Of a stretch of DNA of 64,000 nucleotides, positions 1 to 12,721 are shown piece by piece (the stretch's first letter is position 1; every line of letters starts with the position of its first letter). The translations under genes and the position numbers were made by a program. The stretch spans positions 23,376,001-23,440,000 of the forward strand of contig NC_087250.1 in assembly GCF_037042905.1 (NCBI RefSeq). Direction: 5' to 3'. Origin of the DNA: Lytechinus pictus (Eukaryota). The notes under the pieces were generated by a model. It was given only the letters and a program-made list of their open reading frames with translations, was not told the DNA's origin and did no database searches.

Positions 1-1263
1 GCAATCTCAATCAAGATGCCCCCTCCGATACAAGATTTACTTAGAATTCAATTTGCAATTTCCAATCTGGGTAATACTTCCGACATAATGAACTGGATGT
101 ATTATTATGTTAAGTTACACTGCTTTTTTTTAAATCTCCTTTTTTGGAATACAGAGATGCACGGTGAGTCACGCTCTAAGCTCTAGCATCTATTCACCCC
201 AATTGCAAATGCATCATACACGACAGAAAAGCCCTCTTCTCCAAAGAGCAGGGGCTTACGTCAAGACTCCTCTTAATTATCATAAGAAATTTGGAAGGGG
301 GGCTTGAATGGGGGCATTGGGGGCAGCAGATTGGAACAAAAGCTTCATTTTTTTAAAATTCGAATCTGGCACGCACACACGTCAGAGATATAAGATAAAA
401 AGAGCGGAAAATGAAAGGCTTACCAATTCATGTTGCTAGTCTTCTTTTTCATACTCAAATTTTCCTTTGACCAGGCATTACCCATTGAAAATAATGGTTG
501 TCGCTTTATATTTTGGGGCAGCTTTGAATCATTCCAATTCATGCTTTCTTGTCATACTCCTTTTTCAATTTCTTATAAATGAAAAAACAAAATCAGTCGG
601 GTAAGGAAGAGGATCTGGAAAATATCTTAACAAGACTATCACAAGGTCTGGAAAGACGAGACTACATCTCAAATGAAGTGTATTAATCTGGATCGATAGT
701 TCAACGATTTAGTGGTCATGTGACAAAAGGAAGATGGACCAGATTAAAGACTTAGTCTGACATAAAAGAGATCCAGGAACAATGGGCTAAGGAATTTCAG
801 CGCCAGGACAATAACGGTTCCTAGCCTTGTTTGCCCACAACGACTAGCCTCCTGAATCGTTCTTGTCACAACACCCCTCCAATACGTCTTAATGTGGTCA
901 GATAGCCAGAAACTATGACAAAAAGTTTTTTATTAGCAGATCGGACCCCTCTCAATATTTCAATTTAATCAATACGGATGAGTTTGCAAGTATTCTTTTC
1001 TCTTCTTATATAAGAAATTCAAGAAACAGCATTTCCCCTGTATGTAGAGTTGTAATAATGAAATAATAAAGAAATTACCTATACATGGCCAGATATCAAA
1101 TTATTTCTCTCTAGAAATGCTAATTCTGCTCAATTTGTACAAGATCATGAATCTACCCAGATTCAAGATAATTCATTGTCAAGTATAAAAATACACAAAG
1201 TTTGCTTTGACCAAAATAGGGCAGATCAAAATTAGAGTCACTACTCATTTTACAAATGAAATA

Positions 1264-1476
1264 CACTCTATAATTCGAAAGGATGCAAATAATGACCATT
1301 CCAATATAAGATTTAGATTTAAACTTTGTGGATTGAAATATAAAGACTAAAGATTTGAAGCTAAATCTTTGGAGATTTAAAAGTTAGTCCTTAGGATAAA
1401 AAAATAAATCCAATATTTGGCTGATCAATTTTCACTGCCGTACTAGGTTTATTTCAAATCCTTGAAATCTAGAATG
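1264..1476. mobile_element. Degraded TA-flanked MITE (same family as 30058-30293)
   Basis: TA|CACTCTATAATTCGAAAGGAT ... AAATCCTTGAAATCTAGAATG|TA; interior aligns by eye with the 30058 copy. Confidence 0.7.
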
Positions 1477-1618
1477 TACCGCTAGCATTTCATCGTAATT
1501 TTATGATCACTTTCTGACAATTATTTTTTCCTTTAATAAAGGGAAAAACATATTTTATTGTGTCTCATTAACCTTTATCATTCTTTCTCCCTGCATTCAA
1601 TGAATATCAATGAACATC

Positions 1619-1760
1619 CTGGGAATGCTTCATGAGGTATCTTATCAATGATTTTTACTGAGAAAGTTGCTCTAAGCCAATCAGATGCAAGGATTTCAGT
1701 AGCTTATTACAAATACACAGTGAAAACCACTGCCTATTTGCTTCAAGGAATGCTCACCCT
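1619..1760 (+). mobile_element. Short MITE carrying a CCAAT motif (family with 53601-53730, 54895-55024)
   Basis: Shared core GCCAATCAGATGCAAGGATTTCAGTAGCTTAT; imperfect TIRs GGGAATGCTTCATGA / TCAAGGAATGCTCACCC. Confidence 0.7.
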
Positions 1761-2188
1761 ATTCTGCCCATCTCTTTTGTGCTATGCCTATTTAGCAGCG
1801 AGACAGTCCGGTTGACTTTTTGAGAAAGTTGTTGCTTTTATGACTTAATCCGGGGGCAGGGTTGAGCGGAATGATCGTTCATATGTTTTTATTTACAATG
1901 TTTTCATTCAGCTAACCTGGTATGGGATGCTATTAATGATGTATATTTGTGTAGAAAGTGCTAAAAATCCTTCACAGGTGACAACATTACAGACAGACTA
2001 GACTCAATTTTTCACTTTTTTGTTTGGATTTTCTATCGGAAATGTCCAGTTGTGACATTTATTAACAAACATTTCTGTTTCTGAATCTTTTTTTTTCTTT
2101 TCATCAAAAGAAAATTCAACTATTTTGTTGGGTGACCTCCCCAATCCAACAGCCCACCTTCTCCTTTTCTTTATCACTCTTTCTCCCC

Positions 2189-2384
2189 CATTCTTAAAAT
2201 TAATCGGTCAAATTGACTAGATCAGTCTTGTCTTGTCCCAGTCACATATCTGACAGAACATATCTAGTCAGAAATAACTGTTCGAGAAAAATATGACTAG
2301 AAAATAGTCAAATATGATTAGAATAACAGTTGCAACCTGCTGACTCGATAAACTAGTCATTTTCAATAATTTGCTTTGAGAGTG
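2189..2384. mobile_element. CACTCTTAA-type MITE (family with 27731-27893, 31672-31883)
   Basis: Imperfect TIRs CATTCTTAAAATTAATCGGTCAAATTGACTAG / ...TTTGAGAGTG; internal GACTAG repeats. Confidence 0.7.
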
Positions 2385-4917
2385 CCTCTCTGTCTTTGTC
2401 TCTCTCCAATTCCACCCATTTCTCAAATAAAATCTGCCACAATTTTAAAAGTTAGAAAAAATATCAAAATCCACCCATCCCACAAAAAAGTCACACAATT
2501 TTCTCTTCTAACTCCCCTCCTCCTTCTCATCCCTCCCTACCACACCCCCCCCCCCCCCCCTCCTCCAACCCCTTCTCCGCTCTCCATCCCTCCTCCTCTC
2601 GATCGATAATTCCCCGATACCACTTAAACACGCAGGTGCGCTGAACGGGGGCGCACAATGGGGGCGATTGTCACCCGCAGTTTGATACCACCTATTGTCT
2701 TTCCCATTAATATCGCCATCGAGGTCATCTCCTATTGTTCGGGCGTACGATGATGGGGATTTATTGATTAGAGGATGGTGCGCATTGTTGGATCCCTGAC
2801 GGAAATCCATTCACGTGTTGCTAAGTCAATTATATTGATGAAATATTTTCCAGTGTTATGGGTATCTATTTTTAGATTTCAATGTGCAGTTGATGACGAT
2901 GACGTAAGGTGAGACGGGTGACCGTTACACTTCCTCCTTAGCAGCCCCTTCCCCCTCCCTGCCTAATTGCCTATCACCTTTTCTTTTACATTCTCAAGAG
3001 GAGGGGGAATTGCATGGGGGCTTAGGGTAATTTCTACTCCAAAATGCTCTGAGCCCTTGACGATTAAAAAATAAGCCTTGAAAATTCCCATATATTACAA
3101 TGTCAAGCTTAACAAAGTTTGCAGATTTTAGTTGTGGGCTGTAAAAAAGTAGCCCCCCCCCCAAAAAAAAAATCAATCAAAATAAAAATGTGACCTGCTC
3201 AAGAGTATTCTGTCTTCATTCCAAAATATAAAAAAGAAAGAACAAGAAAACAAGAGACTATCAGTTATATCATTAAATTGTTCTTAAAAACCGCAATCAC
3301 CAACTGATGAGCCCATGCAATCGAAACGAAAGCGGTGTGTCATCTGGAAATCGCATCATATTGCACCTCCCAAGTTCAAATACAAAGAAATTTCATGGAA
3401 AACTCCCAAAAGCACTTCAATAAATTTCTCAAACTAATTCACTGTGCTATCCAAATTAATTGACCGGGTCGTAAATTGCTACTGAAGACTTCAAACCAAC
3501 TGCAACTGGTTGTTAATAGAGGTCGAGGGTCATCCGGTGTCATGTGACTCATAGGGTTGCGATGTTTAAGAGAAGTACTAGATCAATTAACAATGTATGC
3601 GTTGGCATGCCAAAATATTTACATCAATGTATCGATTATTCAAATCAATTCAAATGCACAGTTAACTCAAACCAAAGTTTTAGTTTTAGTAATTACATGT
3701 AGGCCTATTGTATAGTCTATAAGAGAGTAGAAAACCCCAAAGAATGACATTGACACTCGCCCATAAAACCAGATTTTCGCATGCCCCTCAAAGAAATACT
3801 TTTATGGCAAATTTGGCATTAAACTCCTTTCTGATTTATGACTTAATTTTCTGTGTGCCAATTTCATAATGCAGAGAGGCTTCAATTACATTTAGCCCTG
3901 GGGTAGGGGAAAGTAGTCACACTGCCCCCCCCCCCCAATACAGTCTTATTCAGACAAAAATGATTTTGAATGGGTTACATTTGATTAAAACTATAAATCG
4001 AGACATGACAAATAACTGCAATTCTCTTCTGTTTTTTTCAAAAATTCTTGTTCCAAACATTTTATCATAAATGTGCAGGCCCATACATGTAAAATCTGCC
4101 AGGTATAATGAATATCAACATTTCATAATCCTTTTTTTTGTAACTCTCGAACAAGGTGATTAAAATACTTGAATGGATTCAAATAAACTAACAATTATGA
4201 AGACTTGGACATAAGAGTCATGTATTCATCATTAGTACTTCTTTTGAAAAAGCGCTTCATAAGAAGTAATTATTAGTATCCATTCAGTTTAGAAGATTTT
4301 GTTCCTTCTTTCAACAGCTGTACAGAGTGCGTTGTTGGTCTATCCAGTTTGTGTATATCAATGGTGTGGCAGCCTTGTCTGAGACATGACTCCATATTGA
4401 AGGTTATTAATCATGAAGAGAATAATGTAAAATCAGACCAATGTCTAAATTACCTTCCAAACAAAGCAAATACAGATTAAAATGGGATTAAAAATGAGCT
4501 AGTGTTACAAGCGAGGAATGCTAGGTGACGGGGAAATGGTATTATTTTCAAGATCGTGTCTAAAAAAGGGGATCGGTGAATATTTATGGACTTGAACTTT
4601 GGCTGTCCTGAACCTGAGAGAGAAAAACATTTCAGGTTCATGGCACAAGTTTGATTCTACTTCTCAGGTATCAGTCTTAGCTGGAATAGAGAAAACTTCT
4701 GCAAGTCTGACAAGTTTCAATAGTCTAACCTTTTTTTTAAATGAAATTTTATAAAATGATTCCAACGTACAAAATGTGTACACAATGATCCCAATGTAGC
4801 TCTTACTATCCATGAATTTAGCAAGAATAAAACCAAAAAATTAAATACATTCTCAGATATTCGACTAATTTGACATAGAGACAAATAAGAAAATAGTCTT
4901 GCTTATTTCAATACATG

Positions 4918-5077
4918 CACTCTGAGTTTTTTTTTTTAGCCAACCTTAAGTTTATTCATATTTGAACCCCCCCAACTGTTGGGTTAAAACAAGATTGCAT
5001 GCTAAATGTATTGGGATTTTCAAATCAACAGTCCGTCATTTTAACCAACTTTTGGGTTGATTAAAATATTTCGAGTG
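4918..5077. mobile_element. Degraded CACTC...GAGTG MITE
   Basis: Ends CACTCTGAG / TCGAGTG with internal AACC...GGGTT inverted motifs; abuts the next MITE. Confidence 0.45.
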
Positions 5078-5084
5078 TGGACTG

Positions 5085-5299
5085 CACAGTAAAAATGCTG
5101 TTTACTTTTTTTGTACACTGTTGTCTACTATATGGACCTGACACTAGTTGTTTAAACCATTTAAACAAGTGTATACAAAATTGACACAAAAAAGTTCAAT
5201 TTTTAATACTCAATTCTCAATTATGTGGCTGTTAAACATGCATGGTACATACATGTAGTAAACATCATTGTGTTACATTTAAACAGCGTTTTTACTCTC
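5085..5299. mobile_element. CACAGTAAAAA-type MITE (family with 6204-6447, 62412-62636)
   Basis: TIR CACAGTAAAAATGCTGTTTA / TTTAAACAGCGTTTTTACT; many internal TTTAAAC motifs. Confidence 0.7.
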
Positions 5300-6203
5300 T
5301 GGTATAAAAGTAACTTCAATTCATTGCTTTCCATGAATTAACAAGAATGAAATTTAAAAAAATGTTTTCCATCTTCCAAGACTCTTTCATTCTTCTATCC
5401 AAAAGAATAAAGGGTAGACCTGATTTTTCCTTTGCTTTTATATTTTCCTCTTCTTTATGGGTATTTTATTTCCTGAATCATGAGTGAAACTTTATACTAT
5501 TAAAATTCACTCTAAATCTATTTTTTTCCATTCAAAATAAAGATAGATGAACATTTCACTTCATTAAGCAATGTTAAATAACAAGGAATTAGCCCATTAT
5601 GAATTCACTCTGGTAGGATAAAACAGAATTATACTCCATTTATCAAAAGTTTGGCAGGGTTAAAGTAAAGAGACACAGAAAAAATGTATGACCGAATTGT
5701 GACTTCAGGCAAGTAAAGTCATATTGTCAGTTCTCAAAGGAAAAGCCTACATTATGAATCCCTTTCCCCACAAACAAACCTTTTAACTTTTGCAAAGAAA
5801 GTGAATGGATTAAAGGCTTGGAGATATATGTGATTTCAAGCATATAAGATTTAATCCGTTGTTGACAAAACGGTAGGAATTATATCCCATATCAATGCCA
5901 TATCTAATACACTCTAAGCAGACAATGTATTTTCACTTAAGACGTCATGTAAAGGTCTATGTAGTATTGACGATTAAGACAACTTATACCCTATTGAGAA
6001 AATGCTAAAAATTGACTATAGGCCTATAGTAAATTTTTTCACCCAAAGCTTCGGCCTCTGTTACATCGGTTGTTCCGCCAAACTCTGTTGGCTTCACTCA
6101 CATTAAAAAAAGAAATAATAAAAAAAATGTTCAAAAACTCCTCCTAACAGATGGCTGCCAGCTATCTATAATAAGTTAAGAATATGTTGTTTTTTTGTAC
6201 AGT

Positions 6204-6447
6204 AACTGTAAAAAAGCTGTTTAAAATTTTACATATGTCGTTAAATCCTGTCACTTTAACAGCTATTGTGTAACTTTTAAACAAGTTGTTTAAGCTATTT
6301 ACAAAATTCTTAAACTTTTAAAAAAGTTCTTTGAATTTCTAAACAAGCTGTTGAAAAATTATGTTTAAAAGCTTAAACAACAGCTGTTGGAGTGACAGGT
6401 TTAAATTCATTGATGAAAATTGTTAATTACAGCGTTTTTTTTCAGTG
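6204..6447. mobile_element. CACAGTAAAAA-type MITE
   Basis: ACTGTAAAAAAGCTGTTTAAA ... ACAGCGTTTTTTTTCAGTG. Confidence 0.7.
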
Positions 6448-6800
6448 TAGTTTATCACATCAATCTGCTGTTGCAAGCGCTTGGTAATATCATGAAGCTA
6501 TTACTGTTCCAGGTATCAAATACTATAAGAAGGTGTAATTCTATTATTTTAATAGTCAATTGTTAATGTAATATAATCTGATTAGCAAACAGAAGGACAT
6601 AAGTCACATTAATATATTTTTCAGACATCAAGAGGTGAAGGTGAAAGAGATTTGATTAAAAAAACATTTGTTAGGCTAATTGTGACTTTCCTGACTTCAG
6701 ATTTAAAAAAGGATTAGCTGAATATACATCAATCAATACAAGGTGATGATACGAAGACAGTCCCTTTTATATGTTTTCGGGCAAATCTATAGGCCTAAGG

Positions 6801-6873
6801 TCAAGAAATCACATCATCAATTCATTTCATGTCATTTCAAGAAATCACATCATTAATTTATTTCATGTCATTT
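6801..6873. repeat. ~36-bp tandem duplication
   Basis: TCAAGAAATCACATCATYAATTYATTTCATGTCATT twice in tandem. Confidence 0.9.
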
Positions 6874-7928
6874 CTCTCTGTATGCATACAATGTAAGTCA
6901 ATCTGCAGAAAAGATTAACAGACTTATTCTAATCACATTTGTAACAATCAAAACAACCGCAGAACCAAGTTTCAATAAAAAAATTAATTTATCACTGTAT
7001 AAACCTTGTATCTGGCAACAAGTGACATAAAAGGGGATATATATGTATTTGTATGGACAAGCAGCTTTAACACAGAGTGAAGGGCAGTTAGGGTTTTGCA
7101 ATCTGAAATATACAAGAGAATAATAGATGTTTACAATAAGCACGAGACAGATTTTATGCAGCTAATGCAGCCTCCTGAGTCTACAAAAATCCAAGGAAAT
7201 ATTCACCATTTGATAAATGAATAAGAAATACAGTATATTCTGCATGTTGATTTTAATATTAATTCTATTCTTTTTTATTTTTCTGTCACATGTTTTAGCT
7301 TCTTTGCTCGTAGTTTCAAATCAATTTTGTTCTTCTTTTACTCTAATTTCTGTCTTATCTTTTTTTACTTTTTCTGTTCAATGTCAGTATGTTTCCTTAC
7401 AATCTTGAATAGATGCTAAATGTTGTCATTATTTTGTTTGCCCTATATTCAGCACAACTGCCTTTTTACTCAATCTTCTCACTTTCTTCTGGGTTTGTGC
7501 AGAAACTTCACCATAAAACAGAATGAAATGTATTTATCATCTTCTAGAAAATTCACCTGAAACTACTGAGTTCTGTTCAAAAGTCTTGATTTTGACACAA
7601 AAATTGTAATTTTCCCACTCCATGAGCAAGACTTTGAACTGCTTAAGAATTAAGAAGGATTAAGGAGATTAAATGAAGTAGTGTTTTCCTGCAACACTTC
7701 AGCCCCAAATTTAAATTAATTATTTCTTATTCTTGTACAGAATTAGGGTATTACAGCTGCTTCATGGCACTTACACAGTGTGAGGGATTTATTGCAACTT
7801 GTCAAAATACCATGCAGTTCATGCACTTGTCTCCTATAAACATGGACTTTATTACTTTCCATTTCCTTTTTACATAAAAAAGCCTCTCAGAGAAGTATCA
7901 GGCTCCTTCTCCCTACTCCAATCATGTA

Positions 7929-8023
7929 TAATCCCTATAATCCCCTCTAATCTTCTTTAATCCTAATCAGATTTGAATCATTAGAAACCCAGTGGGGTAG
8001 AAAAAAATAGAGAGATTTAATCC
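7929..8023 (+). promoter_or_regulatory. Cluster of K50-homeodomain (Otx/Pitx/Gsc-type) TAATCC/T motifs
   Basis: TAATCC at 7929, 7938, 7958 and 8018; TAATCT at 7948; TAATCA at 7964. Confidence 0.35.
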
Positions 8024-8730
8024 AAAGTTTGGTCAACATTTCGTGAGATTGCAGAGGATGGGTGGTGTGCTGAGAATAGCGCTTCAAGGAGACGCCAAAT
8101 CTTCTTAGCGTCTTGGTGTGCAGTCGACCACAAAGCGACCACAGGATGTAGGATTTTTAATCTTGAGACACTAACTTAAACTGTAATTTAAGGGAGATGT
8201 GTCTATTAAAACTGGCACTGAAATGCTATACAGTGTCCCATAAGAAGGAAACTTACGTTCGTTCGTTGTTATTTTTCTCAGCATAACTAAATGATTTAAT
8301 ATATGGTGTTTACATCATTATGAAGTTCAGTTATTCTTCTTTATTTTGAATTCTTTGAACCTTCTAAGACATGAAAACATATTTGACGACTGGAATATCT
8401 ATCCTTGAAAATGTGTTTCCCCTTTTTTCTGCAACACCCTGTACAGTAAGTACATAATGTTGCCTAAGAGATGTGGTTATGCTTTAGCAGGTTAAAAGAA
8501 AAATCCTTGACTCATGACGTGGATTCAAAAATACTAACTGCTGGCAAAATACATAATCTATCAAAGTCATTTAAAATGTGTGTGGGATTTCTATTCAGAA
8601 AATATACCAAATATACCCCTCCTATATTTTTCTTTTGGGCAGTTCCATTTGATAAAGCAAATCAGGAATATACATATATAGAGAGAGAGTTCAATTTCAC
8701 AATCAATTTCATGAATGTATGACTCCATAC

Positions 8731-8998
8731 CGGTGTGTTGGCTCAGTTGGTAGAGCGTCCGTCTCACAACCGGGAGGTCGGGGGTTCAAACACCGGCCGC
8801 GTCAGACTAAAATATGTTAGAAGATGGGAGTTGCTGCTACCCTGTTTGGCGTTCAATGATTAAAGGGATAGAGCCTCGTCGATCTGGCGCTGCTCAGCAG
8901 CTGCCAGGCCCATGATCAATTGGGCAAAACAAATTTTTTGAGTATTTCATTTCATGTCTATTTCGAACAATGAAATATGGATTTTCATCTTTTTCATT
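8731..8998 (+). mobile_element. tRNA-derived SINE, family 1 (tRNA-Val(CAC)-like head)
   Basis: A box TGGCTCAGTTGG, B box GGTTCAAAC, CTCACAA loop, body, (TTTCA)-type tail; second copy at 33270-33526. Confidence 0.85.
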
Positions 8999-9071
8999 AA
9001 AAGCTAAATGCCTACAATTTGTTAGAGAAATGAGGAAATGCTGCTGGACAGTCAAGTTAAGTTGTATTGAG

Positions 9072-9228
9072 GGTTCTGTGACATTTGCTCTGGCGACAAT
9101 TGCTCGGCTCTAAATTCCACACACTAATTGAATGACCAACTTCAACCCTAAAACTAACCCTTTTGCAAACATAATCCTAACCCTACATCTTATAAGAAAT
9201 TAAGCACGGAGCAAATTGTGTCATATCC
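9072..9228. mobile_element. MITE with GTGACATTTGCTC TIRs and CTAACC-rich interior
   Basis: GGTTCTGTGACATTTGCTC ... GGAGCAAATTGTGTCATATCC; related to 48316-48848. Confidence 0.65.
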
Positions 9229-9826
9229 AGAATTTAACAAGGATAAACCTGGAACTGCTTTGAAGACCTAGAACTAGTTTAAAAGACCAAAGAATAATAA
9301 TCTTTGACACCATTAATAGTTCACGCTCACTTCTGGAACAAATCTCACATTCACTAAATCCCTCCTTCCTCTAAAGAACAACAAAGATTAGCAATTCTGG
9401 TGGAATGTTTGTCTTTGAGCTTCAAAACGATCCCCGACTTCAACACGATCATTCATGTTCAAGACAGCTTGAACCCTGCTGAACCTAGCAGCCTATTAGC
9501 AGAGTGATAATGGGTGTATTGTTTGTGTGTGTCACTCATCACATCTGCATGTTGCCAAGCTGAGGAACTTTAGTGATTGTCTGATCCCTGTCAGACTGGT
9601 CTATCTATGTACTTTGATAACCTTTTATCGTACTTTAGCCACCAAGAACTTGCTACTTGAAACACAGATAGAGACCTTCTTGATAATAAACACATCTTCC
9701 GGCAACATTATGTCACATCTATCCGTCAAATATTGCAGCCACCAACAAATTAATGTCATAGTTTGTCTATGATTTTGTCTTCATTTTGTTCTGGAAACAC
9801 ATACACAATTAAGTGATATATCTGGT

Positions 9827-11235
9827 CAGGGCTCGATTTTAGCGGGAGCCCGGTGGCAAAAGGCTCCCTAAAACCTCTGCGGGCTCCTTAGAAAGTAATT
9901 GAAAAAGCCCGGTGGGCTCCCTAAGATTTTCTAGTATCAGCCACCAAAAAAGCAATTTCTTACCAGCACACTAATCCACGCTTTATAAGTCTAAATTATG
10001 TTTTCAAAATCATAAAAAACCTTGAAAATAGCGAAAATAGCGAGTTTCAAATTGCTTAGCTGCGTCTTTTTTTCTGTACCACGTTTTTCCACACACATGG
10101 TACCTATGGAAAAAAGAATCGGGCTACACCGGTGCGAGAAACAGTTGCATGTACAGGGGTCCATTATCATTTACGCCGTGTGTAATTTTCAATGCACACA
10201 TTTCCCTTAGAGATATCACGATTCTGTGTCATGTAGACATCGGCTCTGCTTGTCAAAAGGGCGCCTATTAACATCCAAAATAACTTACCTCGGTAGTGAA
10301 TTATTCCTGAAAAATCATTTGTTTCATTTTTTCAAGGGAGGGGGTAAATATCAGACAGTAAATCATCAAACATGGCAACATCTGATTTTAGGAGGACGCC
10401 GGATTTTACTCACGCACGCACTGACACTTGTGCAAGTCGGAGCTCTCTCTCTCTGCCTGAGCTCTGGGGGACAATTCAGTCAGTAAAGGCCTCAATGATG
10501 GTGATTTTCTGTTTCAGATAGAGTTTACATTTCAGGTTTTTTTTTTTAAACTACCAATAAAGTTGGATGGTTTCTTCATTGTGATATATATTTAAGTTAT
10601 TGATGAATACTTTTTCACCAAATTTAGACTCCCCCATAGAAAAATGCAATTTTCGTGGAGATCTGCGTTTTCAAAGAACTGCAGGAAAAGTTAGGGTATA
10701 CATGCATGTACATGTAACATGTGCCTACATGTGACATACTTAGCCTGTGTGGTTTTTGTACTGATATAAACACAATATTTGGAGTAAAAATTAGATGATG
10801 AATTAATTTCTTTAACATATACATGTATATCCAAGTCCACCGCACAGTCACACCCACACAAACACACACCAACCCACATCCATGATTCAGCATGAAAAAA
10901 AAAAATCAATTTTGTTTATGTATTTAATTTGTTTCCTTTTTTGAATTTATTATTTTTTTTTGAGGGGGGGGGGGCATTAAAAATGAAAAAAAAAAGTCAT
11001 TGACTTATGTGTTTGTGACCGGTGTCTAAGTGTGTTGGGGTGTCAAAATCTGATTTACCCTGAATAAATACAACTGGTATCGTGATGGTGTGCTTTAATA
11101 TTTTAATAGGTAATGACCAGTATTATGCAAAAAAAAGGGATAAACTTGGGCTCCTTAAAACCCATGCGGGCTCCCTAAAAAAGTGCTTGAGGAGCCCGGC
11201 TGGCTCCCTAAGAAAAAAGTAAAGGTCAGGCCCTG
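9827..11235. mobile_element. Non-autonomous DNA transposon (hAT-like CAGGG termini), ~1.4 kb
   Basis: TIRs CAGGGCTCGAT / GTCAGGCCCTG; subterminal GGGCTCCYTAA and GGAGCCCGG repeats at both ends; CTGGT direct repeat at the flanks. Confidence 0.8.
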
Positions 11236-11653
11236 CTGGTATTAATAAAGATAAACCTAGCGTATCATATCTTCAATATTATTAACAACAAAGTTTTAAA
11301 TTCAAATATAATTCTGTTGAATCAATGTTGAAATCTGCACCCCCTCTCTGTTTATATCAATTTTTTCATGTTAAAGCAAATAATTCTTCTATTTTGTTTT
11401 TGCTTTAAAAAATCTTTATCTAAAAAAAAAATGTTTTGATATCATCCGTAATGAAAAAGAATATAAGTCAAAATAAATCTTATGAGTGATTTACAACAGT
11501 ACATTCCCCGAAAGCATGTTGTAGTAGGTCGATGCCGAAAGAAAGGGTTCCTATGCTCTTCCACGACCTTTGACCTTCAACCTCAAAGCAGACAGACACA
11601 TTATTGGCCCTCTTCTTCCTGGGCTGTCTCCAACAAAACCATGACACTCATCA

Positions 11654-11667
11654 ATCGCCATGGCAAC
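11654..11667 (-). promoter_or_regulatory. RFX X-box-like motif
   Basis: GTTGCCATGGCGAT on the minus strand. Confidence 0.35.
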
Positions 11668-11878
11668 CATTATGTTTGAGCTAATTCTGTCACAATCCAC
11701 TCTCCACAAAGTTTGTACTAATCTAGTTCGGGTTAGGTACAGTTGTGGGAATGTCATGTTGGGCATGTAAGACAGTATGTTGTGAAGTATCGCAGGCTTA
11801 TGAACGATCGACTTGAGAGTTTGAACGCGATTGCACATCATTGTCCAAGTGATACATTTCTTAATGCTTTCCCAGAAG

Positions 11879-12096
11879 CATTGGCGGTGGAAGCCAAAAA
11901 CTTTAGGGGGGGACCACCAAAAAATTTTGACGAGCAAAAAAACAAAACAAAAAAAAGGTTATCAACCTAGATTTTAGGGGAGGGGGCGAAAAAAAAATTT
12001 GACACGCAAAAAAAAAAAAAGGTTATCAACAAGAAATTTAGGGGGGATCGTCCCCCCACCTCAAATTTAAGGGGGACAGGTCCCCCGCCGCCTATG
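11879..12096. mobile_element. hAT-type MITE
   Basis: TIRs CATTGGCGG / CCGCCTATG; 8-bp target-site duplication CCCAGAAG / CCAAGAAG. Confidence 0.8.
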
Positions 12097-12721
12097 CCAA
12101 GAAGGGAAAGTATTATGTATCAAGAAAAGGCAACTGCTAGGGCCTCATACTTGGATGTTGTTTTTTGATAAAATGCTTAAGTTTTGAACAAAATGTTGGA
12201 ATTTAGAATGCTAATTTATGTAATGGAAACTTTGTTCGTTTGGTTGATATATATCTTACTTCTGTCAATACATGACAGGTATGTTCCCAACATAAAAAAA
12301 AGAGTTATCATGTTTACTTTTGTCTTTTCCTCAATGTGCCATTATGGTGAGTCCATGTTGTCCTATATAATAAAAACAATTAAGATTATTCTTTAGGCCT
12401 GATGTTGCCATCATAAAATGATGAAAAGTGGCCCACGACTGCCACTTACTAAACCATAATTACATTACAAGTACAAGGTTTTACATCAAGTTTTAAATAT
12501 GAATTAACACTATTCTTAAATCTGTCCATGTTGGGAGCTAATTTTCATTTCGATTCTCTTTTCCGCTCCCATCCCCCATGATTCCCTTCTGCTAGAATCC
12601 CTATCCTTTCCCAATTTCCTCTCTCCATATTTTCCTCTATACACCCCCCCCTCTCTCTCTCTTCCCCTCCCGAAACATCCCTTCATTTCCATTCATCACA
12701 TTCCTGGTCCATCTCTCCTTC

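Noticed and set aside
4453..4630. Possible minus-strand exon after TTTTTCTCTCTCAG ending AAG|GTAATT
   Set aside because: Stop codons in all three frames and only a moderate donor; at most a cryptic or non-coding exon.
8731..8805. tRNA-Val(CAC)-like sequence (also 33455-33526 and the family-2 heads)
   Set aside because: It continues into a shared SINE body and tail present in a second copy; these are SINE heads, not tRNA genes.
10282..10295. Minus-strand GAG|GTAAGTTA
   Set aside because: Inside a transposon; GAG is a poor acceptor and there is no pyrimidine tract.
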